Assembly: GCA_965235115.1 (NCBI GenBank)
Contig: OZ249438.1
Location: 20,088,001 to 20,152,000, forward strand
Direction: 5' to 3'
Length of the DNA stretch: 64,000 nt
DNA from: Laetmonice hystrix
Lineage: Eukaryota
Below, one piece after another: positions 1-14,500 of this stretch. A model generated the notes under the pieces. It did no database searches. It was given only the letters and a program-made list of their open reading frames with translations, and was not told where the DNA came from. The position numbers and the translations under genes are program-made. Position 1 is the stretch's first letter; each line of letters starts with the position of its first letter.

Positions 1-1979
1 TTTTCGTTGGTCAAGTGATGGCGTGAACCCGTTCTCGCTGCACACAATTACGCCAACTTTTCAAGTTGGGAACATTGGGAGAAATAAACATTCAATAGAC
101 CCTCCGTGCCTCCCTAAGATAATTGACAACGAAGGCCGAGGACCAAGGACGACTGCCCCAGCCGGCGAGCCTGCCAGCACCGACATGCCACTTTCAACTG
201 GGGGTCAGACGTTTGCACAGCCAGCGGGCGTTTCTCTATCGTCTTGGGGGTCACGCAAGCTTGTTCATTGCTCTTATTATCCCAATTATGTTACCGTGCT
301 GTCAACAGATCAAAGGAAGACACACACGGCTATTTGGTATGCTGTGCCGATAGCAGAAGTAGGGATCTCCGCAGTTCGGTGACTATCGCAGGTCATAGTG
401 GCAAGGCGCAACGGTAAACTGCTCAACGTGTCAATGTAAGCGCATTACCTAGAAGAAACGCAAGGAATTATGTTTAATCGTCTGATAATATAATTGGGAT
501 GATGGATGAGTTAAAGATATTTTCTGACGGGGAAGTCTTGTACGTTATCAGAAAAATTTGGGGGGTATAATCCAGAAAAACACGCATTTAAAAAAAAGAG
601 ATTTAAAAAGTGATTATGCTGTAGTGCGAATATGGCCGTTGACCCAGATTTGCTGACCAGGCCAACAAGATTTCAAGACCCATGATTCAATATAATGTTA
701 GCCAACAACTCTGGATACAAATGAAGCCGCCATGCTTAAGATCTGTAGACAACATGTATCTCTAAAGTCGAGTCGAGGTCAAAGGTCAGAAACAAGTTAT
801 CCCTTGCCCTTGCTGGAGTTGCCATCATTGATCGGGACAAGTAAACCAGTATACCAGACCGGATGTTCTCCCTAGGCGCATGCGCTAACAACCAGAGAAT
901 CCTAAAGCCAGCAGATATTGACCCTAATGATAACTGTACTTCGTGTTATGATTTCCCTGTCCGACCGTAGTCTAAAAACTCTACTATTTAGTAGCTACCG
1001 CCAAACCGCGAGTCGACTTTCTTCGTAATGGAAGACATGGAAAACATTTACCCTAACGTCATTGGCCATTTGGCCTGTTAACTTCCGCGCTTAAAAACCC
1101 ACCTGATACCTCTCTTTGAAGCCAGTGCACTGTCATAAATCAGTAAGGACCATGACTCAATAATCTTAGATAAACGTCCACCTATTCCGCCAAGCGTTCT
1201 CAAGTTTCTCACCTCAGTGACCGCTAGGGGCGCAGCACGTGACCGGCGAATTGGGCGATAATACGACACTTCGTTACGTTAAGATAACGATAAACGGGCC
1301 ACTGATTGATTCTCCGGCGTCTACATATGTCGGAGCAAGGTGTAGCTGCTCGTACACTTCTTCAGATAGGCCTACTTCTCTGCGTTTCTTACAACCAGGA
1401 AATGTAGGTCTTCTGTCTTTGCATGGCCAAGTCAGAATTAATAGATATAGATCCGACGCTATACTCTTTGTACATAAGTTTATGGTTTCATCGTCTCCGA
1501 GACCACGCTTTTTAAAACCATGGCCTTCAAAACACCTTTTACCTGGACATATAATGTGTAGTAGGAAGGACTTCAAGACGAACATTGGCAGATAGGCCGC
1601 AATACTTAGTTTTGGGTTGTTGGTGATCGACTCCCGTGTTGACTATCGAGAGGTAAAAGTTTCTGTTCATCCACCCTGTTCGCAGTATACAGGTGAAGGA
1701 GGCACGACATCTCCGTACTCGGCTCACTCTGTTAGTAATTTCGATAATGTGCCCAACCCCAGCCCAGGCGGCCATCTTCTTCCTCTGATCGTGGTAATTG
1801 GCCGACAAGGCACAAAGACTACGAGTATGATGTCATGAGAACGATGTCATTACCCGGCGACCGGTTAACGCCGACTTGCTTGTCGTTTGACCTCCCATTC
1901 TCTAATTGCCTTTAACGTGAACGTGTGCTCTAATGCAAGCATACCACACAGTAGCATCCAGTCGGTTAGTTTTGACGTG

Positions 1980-2256
1980 GAGAAAGTATCGTCCCAGCCG
2001 TTTGACGGCCAACGTCACGTCCGACACGGGATGTTTAACATTATCGTAGAGAAAGTATCGTCCCAGCCGTTTGACGGCCAACGTCACGTCCGACACGGGA
2101 TGTGTTAACATTATCGTAGAGAAAGTATCGTCCCAGCCGTTTGACGGCCAACGTCACGTCCGACATGAAATGTTTAACATTATCGTAGAGAAAGTATCGT
2201 CCCAGCCGTTTGACGGCCAACGTCACGTCCGACACGGGATGTGTTAACATTATCGT
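1980..2256. repeat. Tandem repeat, about 4 copies of a 69-70 bp unit
   Basis: Unit GAGAAAGTATCGTCCCAGCCGTTTGACGGCCAACGTCACGTCCGACACGGGATG(T)GTTAACATTATCGTA starts at 1980, 2049, 2119 and 2188. Confidence 0.95.
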
Positions 2257-3908
2257 TGCCCGCACGAACTCTTCAGATAAAGAGGCTTACCGACGGCTTC
2301 CGTTCTGACAGAGTTGTCATCTGAACGTCCATGAGGATTATTTCACCTGATGAAATGCAGGAATATTATATATGTTCTTGATCGAGGCCTATATATAATT
2401 TCATAATACCAATTTCGGATTATTTCTTCGTAGGTCCGACGAGGTCAACCAGACACGGTCTACATGCATTTATCATGAGGCTACAGTGTTTGGGGAGGAG
2501 GGGGGAGGCAATCTAAGAAGTGTTGGGCATTACAATATGCAAAGGTTATAACTATCAAATATTCATCCTAGAGACTGGTCGTGTTTTCCATTAGGATTAA
2601 TACCTTACTTTATCGAGGAGCACCATTCTCCGGATCAGGTTAAATTAGGCCTACTGGTATTTAATTTCTAAAATTAGTAAAGACACACCCCCCGGTCATG
2701 CATGCATGCATGGGAATATTAGTATAGCAGTTCTCTTTATGTATAAGTAATCCCATAATCGTGCCGTCCTTTTCACCACATATCCAGGTGTGTTTTAAGG
2801 CGATTCCTCGGCGTCAAACGGTGTGTGATCACAGTCATCACCAACTCCAATCTCAGCCTTTGATTGTCAAGGTCGATAATAAACCACTGGGGAGCTCTCA
2901 AATAACTTCATTAAGGAATACCAATTGCTCAACGACTGTGACGCCAGGCGAGAGCAATTGGAGATCCACCTTTAACAGCTCCTCCTCTTCTCCTTTTTTT
3001 TCTTTTTTCTTTCCTTTTACGAATTTTTACGCAGGTGTTCATGTGTTTTGACATAATTTGAGCGAAGGCCAGCGCGATGATAAGATCAATGGAAGATTTG
3101 TCCTTACCACACACATCAAACAGTGCATGATGGGAGCGGATATACGTGCGCTAACTTCCGTTGTCTCTGAACCAATCATAGAATCGATAGGCAATATGTA
3201 TAAAGTGTCATTTTAAATATAATTAGTCCTTGTATATGAGGGTATTTCGAAATCCTGGCTTTCTCCGTGGATATGACAAATGAAGATAATAGGACGTAAG
3301 ATAAGAAAGCAGACATGATGGTGAACTAAGGTTGAGTTTTAGAGGAGGATTACGTGTTTAATGGCCACCGACCTCTATAGGTAGGTGTACACAGAAAGAA
3401 GTTTTTTTAGAGTTTGTCTTTTGAAAAGCTCGTCTTCTTCGCCCCATGACGACCTCATGTAGTGTATTAAATACACATAGGACGTCTCAGCCAATTCCGT
3501 ACACATCGGTGAGACGTTATCCCCAGTGCAAAGAACATGGGTCGTGCCGTTAAGTAAGCAGAAAATGGCAACTGTCCTAATGCTGTCAATATACGCGACC
3601 ACCCATGCAGGAGTGTGATCACTGACAGGAAATACCAATATTCCGTCGCTATACTCAGACTTGATTATATCACTGACTATACAGGATCACACCATCTGCC
3701 ATGATAATCATGGTAATCGTTTGAATGGAAAACTTGCGGTAAGGGTATAAAAATAGCAGGGTGCTTCTTTATATGATCGCACGAGTTAGGCCGGGCATGG
3801 GTAGTGATAAGCTATCCCTGGAAACCCAGCCAACCACATCATTATCACAGGAGATCATTGGATCATCACTTGAATTTTAGATATCTGCCAATTCTTACAA
3901 TATGGGAA

Positions 3909-4083
3909 CAGGGCCGTGTGCTGCCAAGTGGCCTGGGGCGACCGCATCAGCACCCTTTGTGTGGCTCCAATAAAGGTTAGATATTTCAAAAAAGTCTATC
4001 ATTTATTTTTAAGGCTGGACCCAAGGGGGGTTACAGACACCCTGTAACCCAACCCCCCCCCCCCCCCCCAGGATACGGCCCTG
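3909..4083. mobile_element. MITE with CAGGGCCGT terminal inverted repeats and 5-bp TSD
   Basis: Left end CAGGGCCGTGT, right end ATACGGCCCTG; GGGAA is duplicated on both flanks (3904-3908 and 4084-4088); internal poly-C tract. Confidence 0.7.
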
Positions 4084-7000
4084 GGGAATGTATCGGCATT
4101 CGTTGTGCCCCTCGGGTTACCTCACGCTACCCCCATCCACCAATCAAAGAGACCTGCCACTTTTTGCTCCCGACACTTGAATGCCAGGATACGTCGGCCG
4201 TGTTGTCGGGGACCACGTGTTCCAAGTTATAAAATTATGTTTCAAAACACACAACCGCGGAGGGGAGTCTGGTTGGGTTGGACACCAGGGCTGTAGAGCC
4301 GACCGTCTCGCTCAGTCTCGAGACCATGTTGAGATTCTGATAGGGAAGACCGAGACTAGAGCATCTGGAACTGAGACGGTAAACTAGCCAATTAGATAGT
4401 CGTCAGGTCGGCCCTACGTCGCTGGTTTAGTACCGTTCAACAACAAACACAACGCTAACATGGTCGGACATGTCAGGTGTTCATGTAGATTCGCCCTCAC
4501 TCCCTCCGTCCTCACCTATATACAGTTAGCTGGGTGCGTTTTGCGGGGCCAGGGTAAAGTAGTAAGATTGACTTGTGTTCCCTATTTACCGCCCGCCGCT
4601 GAAGACTTGAGCAGATGCGACTGAAGTTCGAGTCGGTTGTCGGGCGAGGTACGCGGGATGCTATACCAATATGGCCGCCACATGGCAGACGAGGTATAGA
4701 GAATCTACCGTCAGAACCTCATCACAGTCCTGAGCCCAACTCCCAGTCTTAGCCCACCATCGACTCCCAGTCATCGCAGCCCTCATGCCGTATTTAGCGG
4801 GTGAGAGGTATTAAATGGGTCTTTAAATTAGTTTGTATAAAGTTTAGGAAGTACCCATTCAGGCCTGTACGCAGCAGCTGCTCCACCAGGGTTTCATAGA
4901 AATCTACAAAATTAAATTTTTATGTTATGCGAGATAAGAAGTACATTCCGTTGAGGCAAATTGACATTATTGCCGGCATTAATGCCCAAAGATCTCTCAC
5001 AAACATGCAGTTGTTTTTGTATACGTTATGGGCGTATTTGCCTGGAGGAAAATCCTACTTAGGCATAATGTACATAAACCTGCTGTGCTGACCACCGGAG
5101 TAGGAGGTCGCCCCCTGGCCGGCCGGCCGGTCGGTCGGCAGTCAAACTGGGGTGGGGTGGGGGTTGTGTGGGATAACCCTCTGCCCGCGGGCCCCACCAC
5201 AACCCACCCCCACCACAACACAACTTCTCACACTTCTCCCTCCAACCAGGCCACACACTCACGCCTAGTGACGTCACACATGGCTTCACGAGTGGGGACT
5301 CGGCAGTTTCGTCCTATAGCAGGTAATCAGGCATCAGAGATATAAATATCTGTTTATACTAACTGATGTCTTGAATATGATTGTATTATGAAACTTTATA
5401 CAAAAACATGTATACGTTATATAAGAACGACCTAGATAAAGCATTATTCCGGTAAACCGTCATTACGTTATCCGACCCTAAAGGGTCAACGACCGTCCCC
5501 ACCTTTTATTTCGTGTTTTTTATCTTCCTAAGGTCAGACCTATAGTCTACGCATGTGACATGCAGTTATTATGCTAATTTTGATGCGTTTGGTGGAAGCA
5601 TCTTACAGACAGCCCCCCCCCCCCCCTGGTCTATTTTCGTAAACACCTCCATGCATTCCTGCCCACCTCAGTCTGTGACACTACTTTATATGACTTGGTA
5701 ATCACAATAAGAATCGTAAAGAATCGATAAACCCTGGGTTCTAGGTTCACGTTCTTCGTCAGCTCAACATCACCAACGGATTGACCACATCACGAGCTCG
5801 TTCTCTGCCCTCAGGAAGCTGCAGCAGAATTATACACGTCATACCATAGTCCGGGATAACCGTCACACACTGAGCGTACTCAGTGTCTGGGTGACAGCCA
5901 TGTTCAGGGCCTGGACCACACAGTAGTCAGCACACAGGTGGCCTCCGGTGAAGACAACAGAGAAATGGAAGCCCACCTTTAGAGGGGTAGAAGCGGGGCT
6001 GGGAGGGGATGATATGGGGGGAGGGTGTGCTAGGGGTAATGGTCCCGAAATGGATAGGCCTTGCGACGGTAAGCTACACAAGGTAAATAGTTCTTTGTGC
6101 CCTTATTTGTCTCACATTGGTCGATGAGCACCACCCCAGGGTTGGTATTGTAATAAGTACGTCTATGGTGTGTTGCCTTTTATTTCAGATTTTATTATCG
6201 TGTGTGTTCCAGTTATACAGCGTCGATAAGGTTTGTCTGACTGTGCACCAATAAGATTCGGCGGCAGGTTCACCCAAACACAGTTTTCCCGGGCTGCGCT
6301 TGCTTTCCAAAGAAAAGATTTGAAGGCCGCCTTTGCCGACAAAATGGGCCATAGATCGGTTATCAGGGGTGCCGATCTGTATCGGGAGGTTCATTGGAGG
6401 CGTGGGGCCCTTCACCCGACCAGTGCTGCCCCCTACAGCCTGCGGCCACTCACGTTTCAGCACAGCGATTTCAAGCCCCACGAAGCAATCACAATACGCC
6501 CACCATTGGCCTTTACTCTCGACACAATGGCGAAAGTCTAGAGCTGAGCCGAGGAAAGCAGTAGAAAATGAACATTCGGTAAATGAGATTGTGTGGCACT
6601 CGAAGTCAAGAGCGCCTAGGGCACGCTTTATTAGGTCCCTATTATACCACGAAGCCGCTTACGCCTTCAGAGCCGCTAAGCACGTTTTGTACAAAGCGCT
6701 GCTTATTTCAATAATGGCCCTAACCCTCAGTTGATGTGGTGTGTATATAAGAACGTTTAGGGGTGGGTTCAATAGTGTCTCCGTACACAAACGGTGCACA
6801 TTCATCGTCCCCGGAGAGTTCTTCAAAAGCTCTTCAGCTCATCAAGTCGGCGGCTGTCGGGTCATAGACGGTCCGTACGACTCCGACAGTGGCACACCGA
6901 CAGGGCAGCACCTCTCTTTGCCTCTCTCACACACCGCACTCTCGTTTAACACTTGCTGTGATAGGCCGATAATAACCCGGCGACTTTCACTGGTCTAATT

Positions 7001-10000
7001 AGGCGGAAGGAACCCCCATTGTGGCAGGGCAGATCACACGACTCTGGCAATAAATACTGCTGAAAAATGCATTTCCCCGTCGGTAATTTGTGGATTAATA
7101 TCAGTGGCAGCCGATTTCATGCTCATTTAGTCACTCGTGAACTTTGAGCATTTATTGTCGCTGACAACTGACAGAAGGTTGGTGTGAGCCGAGTGGCCCG
7201 GATGTTGGGGGCTAATACGAAGTGAAGGGTGGCAGTGGGGCAGGAGGGCCGCCCGTGATGACCCCCACCTTGACAACCCTCCCACCCCGCTCCACTGCCA
7301 CCCCACTCACCTTTACGCTGCATACCGAACGCTCCAACGCTTTACGCTCTGACTCAATATACCGGCCCACATCCCCCCCTTGTCTCGCTCGACCAGACAT
7401 TGTTCGACCCCAGACATCACTCCACTTATCAGAATCTTCCACTCAAGTATACATGATTGCTGTTTGATTTTCTGGTCCGAGTCTGGCGCAGAGTATGAAA
7501 TAGTTTGTCTCCCTTCTGTATGACAATTGTGTTCTATGTATACTTGACTGAAGTCGTTGCTAGGAGATAGGGGGGGCTATAACCCTTAGTCATATTTTTG
7601 TTGACTGTCCGCTCACCGAATGCCGAATGCTACCCCCCCCCCCCCATCATCTTTCGGCTGACTCAGCTTTACGACTACATGTATAGCCTACATCAGAACA
7701 TTCAACTGGTGAGAATCGATGTCGGGAAACTTGACTGTCGGTTACTTATTAAGACAAACTCTCCCCGGATGACGTTACTTGCTGCAGATCGCCGAGAGCT
7801 CCGGCTACTTCCAGAAGTTACACTGACCACTCGATCATAATGAGGGCCAGGTGTTATTCCACTTTACTTCAGACCGATACCGTCCATAATATGGAAATAA
7901 CATTTTGTTCATAATCTTCAATACCTATCTTCATACCATCGATATTCAGTGTACCTTAGAAGAACACGATCTTCTCTTGACCTCTATCGCCTACAGAACT
8001 ATCGATTCGTGTGTTCTTCACTCACATACATGTATCGTGTTGTAAACACAGAAGGTGCCGTTCTATACGCGCCCATTAACAAATATCCCAGATCCCCAGG
8101 TGGCTATCCGTCGACGTCACTTTGAGTGGGTTCACTCTGACCCCATTTTCATATACTACTCTTGCACGAGTGGCTAATGATCATTTAGCATTGAAAGCCT
8201 GGGAGACAGCCTATAGATAGACAGCCTGGGAACGACCTCGTCATTAGTGCAGGGTCCGGTAGAACGATGATGGTTTAATGGGGCCAAGGAGTCCGGCCTG
8301 ACATCTGGCTGAAAGTTGTGTCGGCATTGGGTGCGACGGCCACCTGGGATCTATTAGGGTGGCAGGGGGTCGGTCCCCCCCCCCCACATACACATACTCC
8401 TGATGGTAGGGGGGAGGCCCCCCTAGGCATCCACGTTACCAGCCTATGACCTACCTCTAGCGTCTCGAGTGACGTCTACACCTAGAAACGTATAGGACCA
8501 CACCCGCCAAAATCTAGTCCTATATTATGTAGCCTAGAACGAAAGAATATCAACTATAGCCACGGAGGCATCCGACTGTTCACGATACAGACAATGTCGC
8601 TGAAGTTTACATGTTGAAGAGACCATCTCCCGTCAAATACTGCGTGGTATACTGCGTGGTTGGCAGCTGCGTCAGTTCAGCACAGACGCAGCGCGAAACC
8701 AATTGGTTTAAAAGAAACCAAGAGTCGGGTAAACTATAGGTCTCTCTGCCTCACCGCGGCTCTTGATGAAACAGAAAAACACGTGGCATAAAATTGGTTG
8801 GCGGATGGAATGAGCCATTTCCCGTGGAGAGGCTGGCACTCGTCCAATCGGCAGTCGGCGCTGAGTACAACAAAAGTTAACAACATTTTAGTAGTCTGTA
8901 CTTCGTGAAAACAGCAACTGATATAATTACTTCGGTGAAAAATCGGATTTGTATTTATACAATTATGAATATTACTCTACTTACTACCATGCAACGCCGC
9001 TAATTTACTTTATTTATACCTGGAATTTGTTTTAAGTTTTGCTGTTGTCTGTTGTCACTAACACAAGGCATCAAGAAATTGTAGTGACGTGACCTTGCCA
9101 AAGATGACAAGAACGATGGCAGGAGCGTTTATCATGATATTGTCGTTTACATTGCTCGTACATTCGTGTGAGGATAAAATTAAAATGTAATACCTGTCGT
9201 ACAAGACCGATATTGATATTTCCTTATGTAAGATTATTGTACACGGTTGTCTGCATACTCATGGCCGAGTTTAGTTTGTACGTTCGAGGCGGAGGGCAGG
9301 GCTGCTGACCACCTGGGTAAGGGCACAATTATCTATTCTGCTGAGAAGACTGCTCGGCATAATATTATCGTGGATTACACCACTCACCGACACAAGGTCT
9401 CAGCTCGGCTCTGTGCTGGGGGAGGGGAAGGTTTTACCGACGTATATAGAAATCTATTTAATTGGTTCCAGAAAGCATCAAGAAACAAAAATAACATGTG
9501 GCATTTAGTTTCAAGACCTAACTTTATTTCACTACCTGAAATGTGGTTAATCATGTTAGGCCGTTTGGTCTTTTTCAACTTTCTCTCTCTCTCGACCGAT
9601 CAAGAGTTGCCACATTTATTGTTGCACATTTCTGGTCAATGATAAGAACGAGAAGTTCATACATAGGCTCTACATGTAAGAATAACTGAACACGTGCTAA
9701 ACCATGATTTCTGCTTACACTGGACGCCCACAGGGACGGACAGACATGAGATGACAACGATTTCATGAGCTCCTCTCGATCTACCCAAGGGATGTAAACT
9801 CGGCTACCTGCATGGCCCAGGCTGGCAGGCTATATTAAGAACGGGGGTATATAGCTTGAGCCGGTAGGTGGTAGGGGGATGGGACAGGCACACCCCCAGA
9901 CCGGAACATTGGCCAGGAGCAGGGCTCGATCTGTATACAATGAATTATTTTGTTTTGGTTATTGAGGGTAGATGACGTATTTGGCCGTGATACCTGGCCG

Positions 10001-11542
10001 TTTAGCGGCGGGAGTCTGTAGTCGGTTATTCATGGACCAGCAGACAGGATGTAATCGGGGCTCAGTGGAAACACGTGGTCCCCACCCGCCAGCCTTTCGG
10101 TCTTCACCAACCTCCCATCTCTGTACGTTAGACAAACCGCAGCAATAAGCAACCTTTGTTTCTCCCTAAACGCACGCCATAACATTCACATGGTCTCTTA
10201 TAGCTGTGTTTAATAACAACTGATCATCTCTGATGCATCCTTAAACACACACGTCCCCTCATGACGTACCCAATTTAATAACAACGAAAACGAGAGATAT
10301 AATTTATATCTTTTATATTTACATTTTGTAGACATTTAACTATATATTACAAATTTGCAGTATAAGATGTATGTATTTCAAATGGATGACATAATTTACA
10401 AATATTGCAAATCTACTTCAGAAGCCACAGTAAACCTGTTTTCCACAATTCATTACGAAGCTGTGAGATATTATGACGGGGAGACGATTATCTATGTACA
10501 TTTATTTCTCTTTAATATTATTCACTATTGTATAATTACAGTTGTGCAGGCGACTTTAAATGCCCCCTCCTTCACTCAACGAGTTCCCTAATCAGCTGAT
10601 GATACAGAAACATTAGGCCTAACATGTCCATCTTTGAAGTCTGCGAAATCATAATACAATCCATAACAATGTGGAAAATAAATACTATAATTATATAGCT
10701 CATTTACTGGCTTGGCCATACCTCTTACTTTGTACCAATTTGTGTTTGTCTCTCTAGTCTGTTTCGGTCGACCAATATACCGTGGATTCCTCGGTTAAAT
10801 GTTCACTGATCAGGGAGGAGAAATGACCTATATTAATACTCTTCTTCCTGTCTACATAGCCAGCTAAACCTTGACGATGTCTCCCATCATTAGATCGTTG
10901 GTGCAGTCATTCCAGACATGTTTCAGGACGACTGAGAGTCGCCCAAAAGGCCTCACTGTGTGCCTGCATGAAATGCTACCATAGTCTTCCGGTGTGCCAG
11001 ACCTCCTACCTTCCCATTTGCATATAAGATTATAGCTTGGGCCACCGCCTCTCTGCATGATCGCCACAGTCTTTGACTTGATTGGTAAATCGGTCGAGTG
11101 GTCGGTCTTCTGTGCCATACAAGCCGAAGGTCTACCAACGACAGGATACACTATCAGGTCATTAGTAGGCCACCAAAGTTACATGACGCACTAACCCCGT
11201 CTTTCTACCGGATGTTTGCTCACCACCAAAATTTTCCATTTTTTTGGACTTGGGGCGGGAACATGAGGTCCCCTGGCCTAGATCTGCGACTGTATATCGG
11301 GTGCTATGAGACATTTTCCCTCAATTCAAACCGTTGGTTGAACTGTTGCCAAGTGAAGTCAGGCTAGGGGACTTTAAGGCTATAGTGGGGATCTACACAC
11401 ACTAGCCCGGGCTACTCGGCAGAGAACGGCAAACTCAACGCGGTGTGGTTGCCGGCGGCGCGGCGCTGACGCTGGGCGCCTTGGTTGCTGTGGACTGGCC
11501 AAAGCATGCCTTCTCCCCTTCTTGGACCCTCCGATCTCATCA

Positions 11543-14500
11543 TCAACGACATCCGCATCCAACTACCACCATGTCCTGGTAATTCTTCAACACTACTTTG
11601 TCATACTCATCTAAATAAAGCATTGAGATAGGGCTGAGCTCGGTGGGAACACAGCATGGCCGCGGTACGGCCTGTGGATTGACCGAGTGGACCAAAGTTT
11701 GTACGATGGCGTGGTTGGTAGTGTTGATGTACTCTGGCAGGGGGAAGTCACACTGGCCTTGACAATAGTATGCCTGATAACCCGGGGGTGCGACGATCCA
11801 GTCATCCCATCCCACGTCACTGAAGTCGACGTACAGATGATGTCTCCGACATTCGTCTTTGCGGTGTTTCTTGTTCCAACTCCTGGATCGTTTCCGGTGT
11901 CGTGAACTCCTCCTGTCCCGGTTTTTCGTACGCCTCGTGTCGCTATCGTCAGAGTACGTCACAAGTAATGGCTGCGTTTTCTGCCATTGTTGATCGTCGA
12001 TATGTACGGATCGCCGCAAACGTACATGCGGCTTTAATTTTATGTTATTGTTAGTGGCTGAATCCGTAGACGACCCAGCTTTGCTAGCGGTCACATGCAC
12101 TTCCAGACCATGGTTCCTGTGAACTGCCTGTCGCCATTTTAATACTGCCAGCCGGACATCAAACGATTCCCATTTGGTCCGTACAGGGTCCACTACCCTC
12201 GTGTCCAACAGCCGGGTTATGGCTTCTCGCGTGGGCGTGGCCGGTCGCAAAACTTCATAAATATCTATCCGTTGTTTCACGAGTGATACGTTTTTATCAC
12301 TATTGTAATCCGGTTGTGAATCAGTGTCACTGTCACTGTTTGGATGCGAACTGTAGGTGTACTGGACGCCGTCTCGAGGGCTGCTCAACTTATGTCGGTA
12401 GAGACGCAGCTCGGCCGCTGTCAGTGTCTCGTCGTCTGGCAGACCCGACATGTTGAAGTAAAACCGACGTCGGTGAGTATCATCGCCCAGGTCGGCCTGG
12501 TGACGTCTGGCTTCTTCCTCTGTAACGGGTAGAGAAGAACACATTTAGCACGACATTCTTTGGTCATTTTACGATCGTCTAACCAGGATATACACGACAC
12601 TCGAAATTAAAACAACAAAACGACAAAGGCGCAAACATTTGACTTATATAATGAAACTTTACACAACTAAGACGTTGTCCCTCAATGAGCGTGCTTCTTC
12701 TCCAGGTCTATACCAGGTATAGGACAACATTCAGGAGTATTTCATTACAATGTCAGATCATGAAGATATAGTTCTGGCCATGTTAGTTTTTCTTCTTCTT
12801 TTTCACACAAAAAAGTAGAGTTATCATTTTATTGATCTTTGCATGCTGGAAATCCCCCTTTTGTTTGGAAGTTAGTTAATGGCGTGTAAAAGATTACTCC
12901 TTCGTGACACAGCACCGTTACGAGTTATGATTCTGACAATGTCTTTTTACACTGCATCAGTTTACAGTTAGGTAGTTCGTGAAGACATGTGACTCCAAAA
13001 ACGATGTTTTCTAGTTCATTTGCGTCATTTTCATAAGGAAACATTTGCTAAATTAAAAAGTATAACACAGTTAACTGAAATGACCTAGGTTTTCCCAATT
13101 TTAGATTAGCAGCGTTTTTCAAAAGAAATTTCGCATTGTTGACATTATATTGCAACAACCATTCGCAGATGTATACAAAGCGAAGTGAAGTGCTGGAGTT
13201 ATTATATTGTCACGACGTTTGCCTGATACAAAACGCTTGTTGCGTCTCAAGTTGAAGGGGACAGTGTATACAGATTGTACCATACATCAACCCACGTCAC
13301 ATCTGTCATCTGAAAAATGTATGGCTGATGTTGATGTCACTCGCACCCACCCACCTTTGTAAGCGAGGTACTCGGAGTACGCGAGCGATAAACGTCTACG
13401 CTCTATATAGTTTATCATGAACAACTGTATGGAGACTAGCGTGGAGCAGGGGTTATAATCACTGTGTATCGCCTCTTGACACTCTTACATGTCTTCCTAC
13501 CTTTGGCTATTAGAGCAATTAACCTACAATTAAGAGTGTAAATAACAAACAAACATAGCCAGCCGACCGTATAAACTTTAATTATGGCGACTAAATGTAG
13601 TTACTCAATGTTCTCTACTAATTACCCGTCAGTGGAACGAGACCAACACATCATCTACCGCCTCCATAATATGATTGTAGTTTGGGGCAAACTGTTCTTC
13701 AACATTGCGTTATCGGTATTGAAAAATCACGTGGTACAAACTATGTTGTAGATGTTTGTGGGTAAATAGTGTACTTCGAATCCTGTCCACGATTCTTCTT
13801 CTAATATCGAGGCGTTTCTCTAAACTATAAAACAGAAAACTTTCTGACTGTAACGGGATCGTGTGGGAGTTTTCCGACCCCGCATTATGACAGTGCCTTC
13901 TCGCCAGAGTTTCTAGAGATTGCCTCGCCCAGTTTGAACTCGTGGAGGAGTATAGGTCGAAAGGGTGAGGTTCTTTTATTATCACCGCCCTCATCATTGC
14001 CAGTAGAGAGCGGGAAATAGGTCCCATCACTGACAGACTGAACAGGTTAAAACTAATCTATTCTCGCGCTGGACACCACCTACGATTGCCAACAAGGCGT
14101 ACAACCACCACTGACTATATCATTGCTCCACTATTTGCTCTAGGTTATTTAGTATTTGGTTCAAATCTGATACCAGTTGTTCATTAATGAAATCAATAAA
14201 GATACAAAAGGTATCTGGAGTCACATAACGTTTCATTTTACAATTGCATAAGGAGTTATCAAGGTAGGCCATGAAATCCATGGTCGGCACGGCCTGAGAG
14301 CACAGCCTCTGTGGCCTGGGAAGCTATGTTATTGTTATGGAGTGGAGAAGGTAAGTGGTAGTTTTTAGCATTGTGACAATGTTCCCCGCCACAGCTTTCC
14401 TGCAAACATATCGTATGAAGGGTGCAGCAGTCGGTTCCCGGGCTACAAGGAACTGCTATGGGCGGAAGGACGAGAGCGAGGTTGTAGATGGTCCAATCGC

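Noticed and set aside
1980-2256. Regular repeat that might look like a CRISPR array (also the 45-, 52- and 75-bp arrays)
   Set aside because: Units are contiguous with no unique spacers, there are no cas genes, and the context is eukaryotic.
6233-6734. DLKAAFAD and SGVP resembling reverse transcriptase motifs
   Set aside because: The motifs are in different frames and far too close together; no YADD motif follows.
9103-9189. Short signal-peptide-like ORF MTRTMAGAFIMILSFTLLVHSCEDKIKM
   Set aside because: 28 codons, no convincing donor or downstream exon; hydrophobic runs arise readily in T-rich DNA.
14440-14490. QGTAMG, resembling a Penelope RT motif
   Set aside because: Isolated six-residue match with stops nearby and no flanking RT similarity.
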